Both the position numbers and the translations under genes were made by a program. From contig RGYU01000001.1 in NCBI GenBank assembly GCA_010031885.1, forward strand, positions 1 through 55,444: a stretch of 55,444 nucleotides of DNA. The letters run 5' to 3'. The notes beneath the pieces were generated by a model that did no database searches, was not told the DNA's origin, and saw nothing but the letters and a program-made list of their open reading frames with translations. This document shows, in pieces, positions 42,524 to 51,980 of the stretch. The DNA comes from Chlamydiota bacterium. GTDB taxonomy: Bacteria > Chlamydiota > Chlamydiia > Chlamydiales > RGXB01. Numbering within the stretch: the first letter of the stretch is position 1; every line of letters starts with the position of its first letter.

Positions 42524-44527
42524 ATGCAGTCCCTTGCCCCCTTTTTACACCCAAATGGAATCGTTTTTGTAGGAGCTACCGATAAAGAAGGTAGTGTAGG
42601 ACGTGCGATTGTCGAAAATCTTTTAAATTTTGAGGGGCGACTTTTTTTTATCAATCCAAAAAGGAATGAGGTGCTAGGTCATCCTTGCCTACAATCGATT
42701 GATCAGATTGATCAACCTGTTGATTTAGCCGTAATCGCCATTAAAGCTGAATACGTACCTCAAACCCTCATAGATCTGGGTAAGAAAAAAATACAAAGTG
42801 TCATCATCATTTCTGCTGGTTTTAAAGAGGCGGGGCAAGAAGGGATAGAGCTTGAAAATCGGATCTTAAAAATTGCGAAAGATTACCACATACGGATCAT
42901 CGGACCCAATTGCCTAGGGGTTATGTCCCCCTATTCAAATATGAATGCAACTTTTGCCAAAACGATGGCTCTTGCGGGTGGGGTTGGCTTTATAAGCCAA
43001 TCGGGTGCAATGTGCACCTCTATGCTCGATTATGCTAATGACATAGGTGTAGGCTTTAGTGCTTTTATCTCCGTTGGATCCATGTCAGATATCGAATTTA
43101 AGGACTGCATAGAATATCTAGCAAACGACCCTAAAACCCACACTATCTTTCTTTATATGGAGACCATTGGGGACACAAATGGGTTTATTCGCATCTGCCA
43201 AAAAGCCTCTTTCAAAAAGCCAATTATCGCAATAAAGCCAGGCCGAAGTGAAGCAGCCAGAAAAGCTGCAGCATCCCACACAGGTTCTTTAGTAGGTTCA
43301 GATACTGCCGTAGAAGCTATCTTTGACAAAGGGCATGTTTTAAGAGCTGATACTATGGAGGAATTTTTTGATCTATTTACTTTTTATGCTCTTGAGGAGA
43401 TCCCTTTAGGTGATCGGATAGGGATTATAACTAATGCAGGCGGTATGGGTGTTTTGACCACCGATGCGATTGAGGTTAACGGAGCAAAAGCTTTAGCTCC
43501 CATAGACGTGTTGGGTGATGCAACCGAATTAGACTACATCAAGGCTTGGGATGAGCTTAAGGACACCCATTCTATTGATGCCCTGATTGTCATCGCTTCC
43601 CCACAATCGATGACAGATTTTGTGAAAATCGCAGAATTTACAACCCAAATAAAAGGAAAAATTCCAGTTTGCGCAAGTTTTGTGGGAAAAAAACAAACTC
43701 TTGAAGGCGAACAAGTTTTAAAAAAGCAACTGATCCCCCACTACCCCACTCCAGATCGGGCAGCAAAAGTGTTGACACGAGTGATCGGATTGAAAAAAAA
43801 GATTGAAAAAGCCATGCAAATTCCCTCTCTTTTAGATCAGCCTTTGCCAAAAAAAATACGACTTCCTGAAACACACGGACGGACTTTATTGACTGAATAT
43901 GAATCAAAAAGTTTGTTAGAAAAATCGGGTCTACCTGTAGTCAAAACTTTGCTTGCCTCCACTGAAGAAGAGGCCATTTTGGCGGCCCAACAAATCGGAT
44001 TTCCCTGCGTTGTAAAACTCAACTCTACAACAATCACCCATAAATCAGATGTAGGTGGAGTAAAACTCAATCTCCAATCTGTTGAGGAGGTTGCAAACGC
44101 CTTTAGGGACATGGAATTGAATATTCGTAAAGGGTTTGAAGGGGTGACCGTTCAAAAAATGAGCAATTTAAAAGGTTCTATAGAACTTTTATTTGGAATG
44201 ATTCTCGATCCCACTTCGGGCCCTCTTATTTCATTTGGCTCGGGAGGAATCGCTGTTGAGCTCTATAAAGATGTTGTTTTTGCAATACCTCCCCTTTCCA
44301 TGGAAGAGGCATTGGATCTTTTTGAAAAAACAAAAATTGATCATGCTCTCACAGGGTATCGTAATCTGGGCCCAATTGACAAAAAAGCTTTAGCAAAATT
44401 TTTTAGCGCTTTTTCTTCTTTTATCGCCTCAATGCCCGAAATTGAGGAATTGGATATCAACCCAATCATAGCAAATAAAAATGAAATTGTTATTTTAGAT
44501 GCCAGAATAGTTTTGAAAAGCCATTAA
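42524..44527 (+). CDS. ADP-forming acetyl/acyl-CoA synthetase (fused alpha-beta; NDP-forming family)
   Basis: CoA-binding N-terminus IVFVGATDKEGSVG, SQSGA, phospho-His loop AASHTGSLVG. C-terminal ATP-grasp domain (LTEYESKSLLEKSGLPV...VVKL). Confidence 0.8.
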   Translation: MQSLAPFLHPNGIVFVGATDKEGSVGRAIVENLLNFEGRLFFINPKRNEVLGHPCLQSIDQIDQPVDLAVIAIKAEYVPQTLIDLGKKKIQSVIIISAGFKEAGQEGIELENRILKIAKDYHIRIIGPNCLGVMSPYSNMNATFAKTMALAGGVGFISQSGAMCTSMLDYANDIGVGFSAFISVGSMSDIEFKDCIEYLANDPKTHTIFLYMETIGDTNGFIRICQKASFKKPIIAIKPGRSEAARKAAASHTGSLVGSDTAVEAIFDKGHVLRADTMEEFFDLFTFYALEEIPLGDRIGIITNAGGMGVLTTDAIEVNGAKALAPIDVLGDATELDYIKAWDELKDTHSIDALIVIASPQSMTDFVKIAEFTTQIKGKIPVCASFVGKKQTLEGEQVLKKQLIPHYPTPDRAAKVLTRVIGLKKKIEKAMQIPSLLDQPLPKKIRLPETHGRTLLTEYESKSLLEKSGLPVVKTLLASTEEEAILAAQQIGFPCVVKLNSTTITHKSDVGGVKLNLQSVEEVANAFRDMELNIRKGFEGVTVQKMSNLKGSIELLFGMILDPTSGPLISFGSGGIAVELYKDVVFAIPPLSMEEALDLFEKTKIDHALTGYRNLGPIDKKALAKFFSAFSSFIASMPEIEELDINPIIANKNEIVILDARIVLKSH

Positions 44528-44602
44528 AACCTCTTTCTTACAACACAAAAAAAGGGGCTTTTCCCTATACTGTCTAACAACAACAGTTTTCTAGAACAAT
44601 TT

Positions 44603-45349
44603 ATGTCAAAAAAAAGCATTGGATGGGAACAGGGGGCCAAATGGTACGATCAATTAGTCGGGGATGCGGGCCACTATTACCATCAAGAGGTGATTGTCCC
44701 TTTTTTAAAAACCTGGTTTAAAGAAAAAAAAGGGCGCCTTGCAGATTTAGGTTGTGGGCAGGCTTTTTTTGCATCTCAACTTCCTAAAGATTGGACTTAT
44801 ACCGGTTTTGATGCTTCTAAATCGCTGATACAAGCAGCCAAGGTCAAGGGGATAAAAGATTGCGTCGTACATGATCTGCATGAACCGTTTGAAAAAGCTC
44901 CTCATGATTTTGATGTAGCATTATTTCTCCTCTCCCTTCAAGACATGCAGTATCCTGATAAAGCAATATCTAATGCTGCTAAGCTTCTCAAAAAAGAAAA
45001 AGAGCTTTGGATAGTTTTAAACCACCCATGCTACAGAATACCACGCCAATCGGGCTGGGGTGTAGATGAATCAAAAAAAACTCAGTATCGTAAAATCGAA
45101 TCCTACATGAGTGAAAATCTGATCCCTATCGAAATCCACCCTTCAAAACAGCAAACTAAAAAAGTTTTCCATCATCATTTTTCACTAACCCTTTTAACAA
45201 AGTGGCTATCGCAAAGCGGTTTTTATATAGCCCAAATCGAAGAACTTGTTTCCAATAAAGTTAGTACCGGATCCAAATCTTCGATGGAAAATCGATCCCG
45301 AAATGAATTCCCCCTATTTATGTGTTTAAAATGTATCAAGTGTCATTAG
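44603..45349 (+). CDS. Class I SAM-dependent methyltransferase
   Basis: Motif I LADLGCGQAFF, followed by an acidic residue (GFDAS) and FDVALFLLSLQ. Confidence 0.7.
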   Translation: MSKKSIGWEQGAKWYDQLVGDAGHYYHQEVIVPFLKTWFKEKKGRLADLGCGQAFFASQLPKDWTYTGFDASKSLIQAAKVKGIKDCVVHDLHEPFEKAPHDFDVALFLLSLQDMQYPDKAISNAAKLLKKEKELWIVLNHPCYRIPRQSGWGVDESKKTQYRKIESYMSENLIPIEIHPSKQQTKKVFHHHFSLTLLTKWLSQSGFYIAQIEELVSNKVSTGSKSSMENRSRNEFPLFMCLKCIKCH

Positions 45350-45432
45350 AGGCTCTTGAAGTTCTAAACCTAGACGAAATTTTGGGATTATTCTCTTTAC
45401 TTTAAGGGAGTTAGTGTTGTAGAACATTCCCT

Positions 45433-47274
45433 ATGTGTGGCATTTTCGGTATTTGCGGTACAATTTCAAAATCGAGTGTAAATCAATGTATAGAGGGCCT
45501 TAAAAAGCTTGAGTACAGAGGATATGACTCGTCTGGTATCGCACTATTAGACGAAGGTGGAATCCAAGTAGTTCGTAGTACCGGTAAAGTCGAGGCACTC
45601 GAAAAAAAATTAAATCACCTTAAAGATAAAAAAACCATCTCCATAGCGCATACCCGTTGGGCGACGCATGGTGGTGTTGTTGAAATAAATGCACACCCCC
45701 ATTTGGATGAAGAGGGGTCACTAGCGCTCGTTCATAATGGCATTATAGAAAATTTCTACGAGATAAAAGAGCGACTTCAATCAGAAGGGGTCAGGTTTTC
45801 CTCACAAACAGATACCGAAGTGATTGCCCATCTGTTTGGAAAGCTATACACAAACGATCTTCTGACTACTACTTCTTCAGTGATTCAGCAATTAGAGGGT
45901 GCTTTTGCAATCGCATGCATCCACAAAAATCATCCTGATACACTTCTTGTGACTACACGAGATAAACCTCTAATCATTGCTGTTGAGCCCCAATCGGGTC
46001 AAATCCTTGTAGCTTCTGATCTTAATGCCCTATATGAAGGTGAATTTGAAATTTTTTATCTTCAGGATAACCAGATTGCCCTCATTGAACAAAACAAGAT
46101 CCGTCTGTTCAACAAAGATCTTATACCCCTTAACCCCAATTTTGAACCGGTAAAAATAGAGAACACGCCCCATTTTAAAGGGGAATTCGCCCACTTCATG
46201 CTCAAAGAGATTTATGAGCAGCCCAGTGCAATCAGGAGAACTCTTGAGGGACGGTATGATATTGAACTCAACCGCATTCTTTTGAATCTGCCAAAATCTT
46301 TTGATGAAGTGTCCAAAAAGGTTCAAAAAGTAATTTTTTTAGGTTGTGGCACGTCCTACCACGCAGGCTGCATCACAGCCCATTTTTTGGAAGAATTTGT
46401 TAAAATTGAGGCTCAAGCAGAGATTGCCTCTGAATTCAGGTACAGTGAACCCTTAATCAACCCCGATACCCTAGTGATTGCAATCTCCCAATCCGGGGAA
46501 ACAGCAGACACAATTGGGGCTATTCGTGAGGCTAAAAACCATCGTGCCAAAATCCTATCGATTACGAATGTTGCAAATTCTTCAATCATCCGCGAATCGG
46601 ATTATTACCTTTTGACTCAGGCGGGCCCCGAAATCAGTGTCTGCTCCACCAAAGCTTTTACAAGCCAGCTGACTCTTTTATATCTAGTCACCCTGTATAT
46701 TTATCAAATTCGTAACCAAGGCCTATCCTCTCATCCAAATTGGCTGAAAGCTCTAAGAATGCTTCCTGCACAAGTCGAATCAGTTTTACAAAAAAAAGGG
46801 GAAATACAGGGTTTAGCAAAAAAAACGGTGAATTTTGAGAAGGTACTTTTTATTGGCCGTCAGTACATGTACTACACAGCTCTAGAGTCCTCTTTGAAGC
46901 TTAAAGAGATTAGTTACTTATTTACTCTTTGCTATCCAGCCGGAGAATTAAAACACGGCCCCTTGGCTCTAATTGATGAAAAAACCCTTACAATAGCTCT
47001 ACTTGGACATCAACCTACATTTGCAAAAACATGCTCTAATATTCAGGAAGTTCAGGCACGTAAAGGGCCTGTTTTAGCCCTCTACAACAAAAGTCAACAC
47101 CTTGAGCAGATTCAACCAGAGTATTCCTTTTTAATTGATCAAGAGATTTTAGAACCATTTAAGCCTATCCTTTACGCGGTTGTTTTACAACTTTATGCAT
47201 ATTATATCGCTCTTGAAAAAGAGACCGATATTGATTATCCAAAAAATCTCGCTAAGTCTGTTACGGTGGAGTAA
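45433..47274 (+). CDS. glmS: Glutamine--fructose-6-phosphate aminotransferase
   Basis: MCGIFG (N-terminal Cys nucleophile). Two SIS domains (ISQSGETADT). C-terminal KSVTVE. Confidence 0.95.
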   Translation: MCGIFGICGTISKSSVNQCIEGLKKLEYRGYDSSGIALLDEGGIQVVRSTGKVEALEKKLNHLKDKKTISIAHTRWATHGGVVEINAHPHLDEEGSLALVHNGIIENFYEIKERLQSEGVRFSSQTDTEVIAHLFGKLYTNDLLTTTSSVIQQLEGAFAIACIHKNHPDTLLVTTRDKPLIIAVEPQSGQILVASDLNALYEGEFEIFYLQDNQIALIEQNKIRLFNKDLIPLNPNFEPVKIENTPHFKGEFAHFMLKEIYEQPSAIRRTLEGRYDIELNRILLNLPKSFDEVSKKVQKVIFLGCGTSYHAGCITAHFLEEFVKIEAQAEIASEFRYSEPLINPDTLVIAISQSGETADTIGAIREAKNHRAKILSITNVANSSIIRESDYYLLTQAGPEISVCSTKAFTSQLTLLYLVTLYIYQIRNQGLSSHPNWLKALRMLPAQVESVLQKKGEIQGLAKKTVNFEKVLFIGRQYMYYTALESSLKLKEISYLFTLCYPAGELKHGPLALIDEKTLTIALLGHQPTFAKTCSNIQEVQARKGPVLALYNKSQHLEQIQPEYSFLIDQEILEPFKPILYAVVLQLYAYYIALEKETDIDYPKNLAKSVTVE

Positions 47275-47356
47275 TCTCGATAAAAAAAAACGATCTGAAA
47301 CCCCGCTTTCTTTAAACGCTTGACACATCGATCATCAAGGCGCTAACAGATATCTT

Positions 47357-50300
47357 ATGGGTGTAAAAAATTCCAAACTCCGCAGGACAATAAAGGTATT
47401 TATCATATGCGCCTTTTTTATCCTTGCGTTTCTTGGAATAACCCCTTTTTTAGTACCTAGGATCTATGTAGAATATCTCATTTCCCAATCTGTTGGTGGA
47501 AAAGTTTATATTGAAGACATCAGCTTACGCCCTTTTGGAGGTCAGACTTTAAAAAACATCCAGATTGAATCACATCATTTTCAAATTTCCATCGATTGTA
47601 TCGAAACTAAATCGAGTTTTTGGTGGGCTCTTCTTTTTCCTTTAAAAACTTTAGTTTTGGTAGAAAAACCCCAAGTTACTTTTTTTTCTACCTCCTTAGG
47701 AAAACAATCAGAGGATAGCGATATTGATTTAGATTGGGTGCACACCCCCCTTCTCGAGATACAGCAGGGAAGTTTTCGGTTTGAAGAGACTCTAGCCGAT
47801 TCAATTCAGGGCCTTTTCCAGTTAAAAAAAGGTTCTATTTTTTCGTCAATTCATCTGCAAATTTTAAAAAACAATAAAACTGGCATTCTAAAATCTTCAG
47901 TTGATTGTAATTTTAAACAAAATCTTTTTAAAAACCTGGATCATTTCTTAGAAAATATCAAAAAAGTAGATGGTCACATAGAGTTTTTTTTTGACTCATT
48001 TCCCCTGAACTGGTCCGCTCTTTTATCGAGCTGCCTAGGGAATCAGATAGATGGGCTTTTCAAATTGGATTTCAAGGACTCCTTCATTGGTATTTTTGAT
48101 CTATCTTCACCTTTTTTAAAGATAGACATGCGGTTCAACAAGGATTTGGAGTCGTTAGAGTTTACCCGTCCATCCTCCTTTCAATACTTGCTGACAAACT
48201 CTTTGCCTGCCTATTATGCACAAAATTTTTCAATAGCAGGTTCAGCTTCTATTCTTGGTAATTTTAAAACAACCGATGATTGGTCGATTCAGCTTAGTAA
48301 CAGCTTAAAAATTCTATCCCCTGTAGGGAAAAACTTGACCATCCAATCGATGACTTGTGACCACAAAAACAAGGATACTTCCTTTGTGGCTAAGCTTGCT
48401 CAACCTGGCACAAAAGGTTCTATTACATTGAATTCTAAAAAAGGGGATCTCGAATTTGAGTGTAAAAATATCTCTACTTTATGGGGCACCTTAAATAAAC
48501 ATACCGAAAGGTTGGTACAAGCAGGTCCTCTTCTGCAGGCAAAAGGGGGCCTTAGAGGAAACATTCTCGATTTTGAAATCAGTGCCGATCGACTAAACAT
48601 ACCCTCTACCTCTTTAAAAATCGCCAAAGACGAAGTATCCCTTCTTAAGCCAACGAGAATCGATTCCTTTTTAGGAAACTATCAAATAGATCATTTTCTT
48701 TATCGTGATGAGGACATCGCCCTTTCTGTCAAAGGTGGTGGATCCGACTTTAAATGGGAGGATGAATTCTATAAAGTACAAGTAAAGTTACAAGAGTTGA
48801 TTTTAGAAAAAAAATGGGGATCAAAATTAAGCGGCTCGTTTCATCTATTCTATAGTGATCTTAGTACTCCTTTGAAAGATGAGCTGTCCGATCGTGGAGA
48901 ATTGCGAGGCCTAATTGATGGATCTGTAAAAAAATGGGAAATAAAGAATTTAGAGATTGTCAGTGAAAAATTAAAAGGGGTTACATCCTTTGAGATTGAG
49001 GATAGTTTTGATGAAATTGCATCTATAAGTAAGTCTGAAATTGAATTTAGATCAAAACAGGGATTTGTTTTTAAGGGTGTCATCCCCTCATATAAATGGG
49101 AAAAAAAGGAATCTTTTGAGTGTTCTGCCGACTTAAAACTAGAAAAATCGATTCTTGAGAAACACCCTATCGAGATTGAAGGGGGTAATGTTTTTTTTGA
49201 ATTGAAAAGAAAAAAAGATCGCCTGGATTTTCTTTTTTCTTTGTACGGGTCATTTCAATCTGAAGAAAAGATTCCAGGGAACCTTAGCGCAAAAGGGGGA
49301 ATAAAGCTGGATAGTAAGGATCTTATTTCTTCCTCTATTGATCTAGACGGTAAGAATCTACCGGTCAATCTTTTGTTTCCAGCCTTTAGCCCCATCCTAG
49401 GATCCTATATGGATGCCCAAATGGATATAAAGGGGAAAAAAAACCTGAAAGGCTTTGTAAAATTTAAAAATCAGTTCGTAAAAGCAGACCTTTGCGGCAC
49501 AGTCACAAAAGAAGGGTTTAGTCTATCTGATAGCAAGGATTACTCCAAAATAGAGTACTCACTTGCCGCTTTGAAGACGCAACCTATGTTGGAAAGTATA
49601 GGGCTTCATTTAGAAAGATCGGGTAGCATACACATTGTATGTCAATCCCTTTTCTACCCTTTTGACCAAGATAATAGAAAAATGGAATTTGTTGGCTCAA
49701 TTGAAGGTCAACAAATACTCTTTTCAAATACAGGCACAAATACTTCAGGGGAAATAGAATCTTTTAAAGCCCAAGTAGACAAAAGAAGCTTGGGCCCACT
49801 CCACATGAACTTAGACGCAAAATCAGGTTACGCAGCTTCAATCCACAATCATAATGAACCTAGAGATTCAAATTTTACCCTGCGGTGGGATCCATCCTCC
49901 AAAGATTCTTTAAGCGCACACGCTAAATTTCAAAATTTTCCCATGGCAGATCTATATAATTTAGGTGTTCTGCTAAATGGTACTGCCTTTATCGATGTCA
50001 ATCAGGGATTTGGTCGAGCAAGCATACATCTTAAGTCCAACAATTTGATTATGGATGGTGATGGAAAGGTTCAAAATTCTAAACTTTATCTTAGTAATCT
50101 TTTTTCTTTAAAATTTAAAAATTTAAAAATAGGAAAAAACCAGATTAAAGATATCGGGCCAATAGAAATATCGATACCCCAAAAAGGGGCTATAATCCCT
50201 TTATTTCCTTTAGACCTAAAAAAAATCTTGATACCAAAAATTCACCTACTCCCCTTTATGGTGTCTACAAAAGTTGAAGGAAACACTCAAGCAGTTTTAG

Positions 50301-50779
50301 GGGCTCTAAATGTCGGAATTAAGGGGTACATTCCCATTTACTGTGTACCCATCTGTTCTGAAAATAATCGATTGAGTTTTGAAAAAAGGCCTGCATCATT
50401 AAGTATCGTCGATGGGGTCTGTTATTTAACCCGATTGGATCTTCTTTTAGATCAAAAAATCTGGCTTATTCTGTGGGGATCTACAAATATAGAATCAAAA
50501 GACTCAACCTTAATTTTAGGGATACCAGGATCCACTCTCTATCAAACCCTAGGAATTGCCAACTTGAGTGCAAATTTTGTCCTCCCGATCAAATTTTCCC
50601 AAAGCCTCAAAAATTTTAGAATCTCTAAACAAGATATCATAACAGCAATCGCATTTTTGACAGCTAAGATTTATGCCCAGCGGATTGCCCCTGAAAAGGG
50701 GGAGCTCAATTTGGATTTTCTGGTCGATCAGCAAGGGGTACCCCCCCTAATTTGCCCCCCGTCCTGGTTAAATCGATAG
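47357..50779 (+). CDS. Large (1140 aa) membrane-anchored AsmA/TamB-like protein, hypothetical
   Basis: A single N-terminal TM helix is followed by ...SQSVGGKVYIEDISLRPFGGQTLKNIQIE, the AsmA-family N-terminal pattern. The remainder is long and beta-rich. The C-terminus LILGIPGSTLYQ...LPIKFSQSLKNFRI resembles the AsmA C-terminal motif. Confidence 0.45.
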   Translation: MGVKNSKLRRTIKVFIICAFFILAFLGITPFLVPRIYVEYLISQSVGGKVYIEDISLRPFGGQTLKNIQIESHHFQISIDCIETKSSFWWALLFPLKTLVLVEKPQVTFFSTSLGKQSEDSDIDLDWVHTPLLEIQQGSFRFEETLADSIQGLFQLKKGSIFSSIHLQILKNNKTGILKSSVDCNFKQNLFKNLDHFLENIKKVDGHIEFFFDSFPLNWSALLSSCLGNQIDGLFKLDFKDSFIGIFDLSSPFLKIDMRFNKDLESLEFTRPSSFQYLLTNSLPAYYAQNFSIAGSASILGNFKTTDDWSIQLSNSLKILSPVGKNLTIQSMTCDHKNKDTSFVAKLAQPGTKGSITLNSKKGDLEFECKNISTLWGTLNKHTERLVQAGPLLQAKGGLRGNILDFEISADRLNIPSTSLKIAKDEVSLLKPTRIDSFLGNYQIDHFLYRDEDIALSVKGGGSDFKWEDEFYKVQVKLQELILEKKWGSKLSGSFHLFYSDLSTPLKDELSDRGELRGLIDGSVKKWEIKNLEIVSEKLKGVTSFEIEDSFDEIASISKSEIEFRSKQGFVFKGVIPSYKWEKKESFECSADLKLEKSILEKHPIEIEGGNVFFELKRKKDRLDFLFSLYGSFQSEEKIPGNLSAKGGIKLDSKDLISSSIDLDGKNLPVNLLFPAFSPILGSYMDAQMDIKGKKNLKGFVKFKNQFVKADLCGTVTKEGFSLSDSKDYSKIEYSLAALKTQPMLESIGLHLERSGSIHIVCQSLFYPFDQDNRKMEFVGSIEGQQILFSNTGTNTSGEIESFKAQVDKRSLGPLHMNLDAKSGYAASIHNHNEPRDSNFTLRWDPSSKDSLSAHAKFQNFPMADLYNLGVLLNGTAFIDVNQGFGRASIHLKSNNLIMDGDGKVQNSKLYLSNLFSLKFKNLKIGKNQIKDIGPIEISIPQKGAIIPLFPLDLKKILIPKIHLLPFMVSTKVEGNTQAVLGALNVGIKGYIPIYCVPICSENNRLSFEKRPASLSIVDGVCYLTRLDLLLDQKIWLILWGSTNIESKDSTLILGIPGSTLYQTLGIANLSANFVLPIKFSQSLKNFRISKQDIITAIAFLTAKIYAQRIAPEKGELNLDFLVDQQGVPPLICPPSWLNR

Positions 50780-50874
50780 CAAAAAATATTTTTAAAAAAA
50801 TTGATGTCAAAGATTTTTTTGATCAATCCCTTTCATTTTTATTATTTGCAAAAAAAATATTTCAAAGAGATAGT

Positions 50875-50904
50875 TTTACAAGTTTTAAAAAAAATTTATA
50901 TAAT
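50875..50904 (+). promoter_or_regulatory. Candidate sigma-70-type promoter
   Basis: TTTACA (50875-50880), 18-nt spacer, perfect TATAAT (50899-50904), 68 nt before the ATG at 50972. Confidence 0.3.
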
Positions 50905-50971
50905 ATAAGATTGTTTGAGGTTGCCGTTAAGTTTTTGCTTCGGTAAAATACTACTAAAAAAAGAGAACTTT

Positions 50972-51766
50972 ATGTCAGTTGAATTATCAGATTTTTATGG
51001 AAGCTCACGCCTACAGGGAAGTGATGTCAGCTTTTGGGTTTCTAAATATGTAGAAGTAGGGGATTTGATAGATCAACATCCAATCAAAGCACGTGTATAT
51101 CTAATTGGCTTAACCTTAGCCGAAATACCAGCTGAAGTCCTTGGCAATACGGCAAGGCTTGTATATAGATTAGCTTTAGCAACTTTTTATTTAATTTCTA
51201 TTCCTTTTGTCTCAGGACAAAGGGTAAATCTATTCCAAAATGCATTAGAAAACATTAGGCATGCTATACGCTTTGCTGTACAAATCCCACAAAAACTTGT
51301 GCGCATCCCAGTTGTCATAGCTTACCAATTCTTTATAATTATCCAATCGCCTCGTAGATTAAATTCGATAAAAGATCTGCCAGATGATATTCCAGAGCTT
51401 TTGCAATACGAAATCTTTGGAGGTCCAAAATCTTTGAATGATTTTTCCGAAAGACATCCTGTTGCAGGGCGATTACTGTCTATTCCTATTTCACTCATAG
51501 ATGTTACGCTAGAACTGGTTAAATCACCCATTTTGGTCGTTGACAGTGTCGCTAATGCCATTCTCTGTCTGGTTGATCCGAGAGAAAGAACACCGGCTAA
51601 TGCAAAAAAAGCGCTTAACCATGCAGAAATAGCTCTAAAAGAAGTTTGGAGTATCCCAATAACAGTCCTAGTTGCACCGATAAAGTTTGTGTTACAAACT
51701 GGTGCGATTCTAAGGGATCCTACTACCGTGTCTTCCATTCGCCGAACAGACTTTGATGATCTGTAG
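50972..51766 (+). CDS. Hypothetical protein with recurrent x-I-P-hydrophobic motif
   Basis: Start taken at MSVELSD (50972). Six I-P-led hydrophobic segments: EIPAEVL, SIPFVSG, QIPQKLV, RIPVVIA, SIPISLI, SIPITVL. Confidence 0.45.
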   Translation: MSVELSDFYGSSRLQGSDVSFWVSKYVEVGDLIDQHPIKARVYLIGLTLAEIPAEVLGNTARLVYRLALATFYLISIPFVSGQRVNLFQNALENIRHAIRFAVQIPQKLVRIPVVIAYQFFIIIQSPRRLNSIKDLPDDIPELLQYEIFGGPKSLNDFSERHPVAGRLLSIPISLIDVTLELVKSPILVVDSVANAILCLVDPRERTPANAKKALNHAEIALKEVWSIPITVLVAPIKFVLQTGAILRDPTTVSSIRRTDFDDL

Positions 51767-51980
51767 CTCAGTTTTTTGGCAGCGAAAAACTGCCATGTTT
51801 ATGGGTAGACGCTTGTCTTCAAACAATTCTTAAATATTCTATCTGATGAAAAAGCCAAACCCAAGCTTTTTTTAAGGCGGCATACAAAATTTATCCCCTT
51901 GTTGATCGATGACCGGTTGTTAGACGTAAGATTAGATTCATCTACGACTTATCGATCTTTTAACCATCCCGATAAAGAGT

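Noticed and set aside
51322-51738. 138-aa ORF antisense to the 50972..51766 gene
   Set aside because: It has no signal, no motif and no RBS, and lies entirely inside a better-supported ORF that has a good promoter. It is most likely a chance open frame, although only strand-specific expression data could exclude it.
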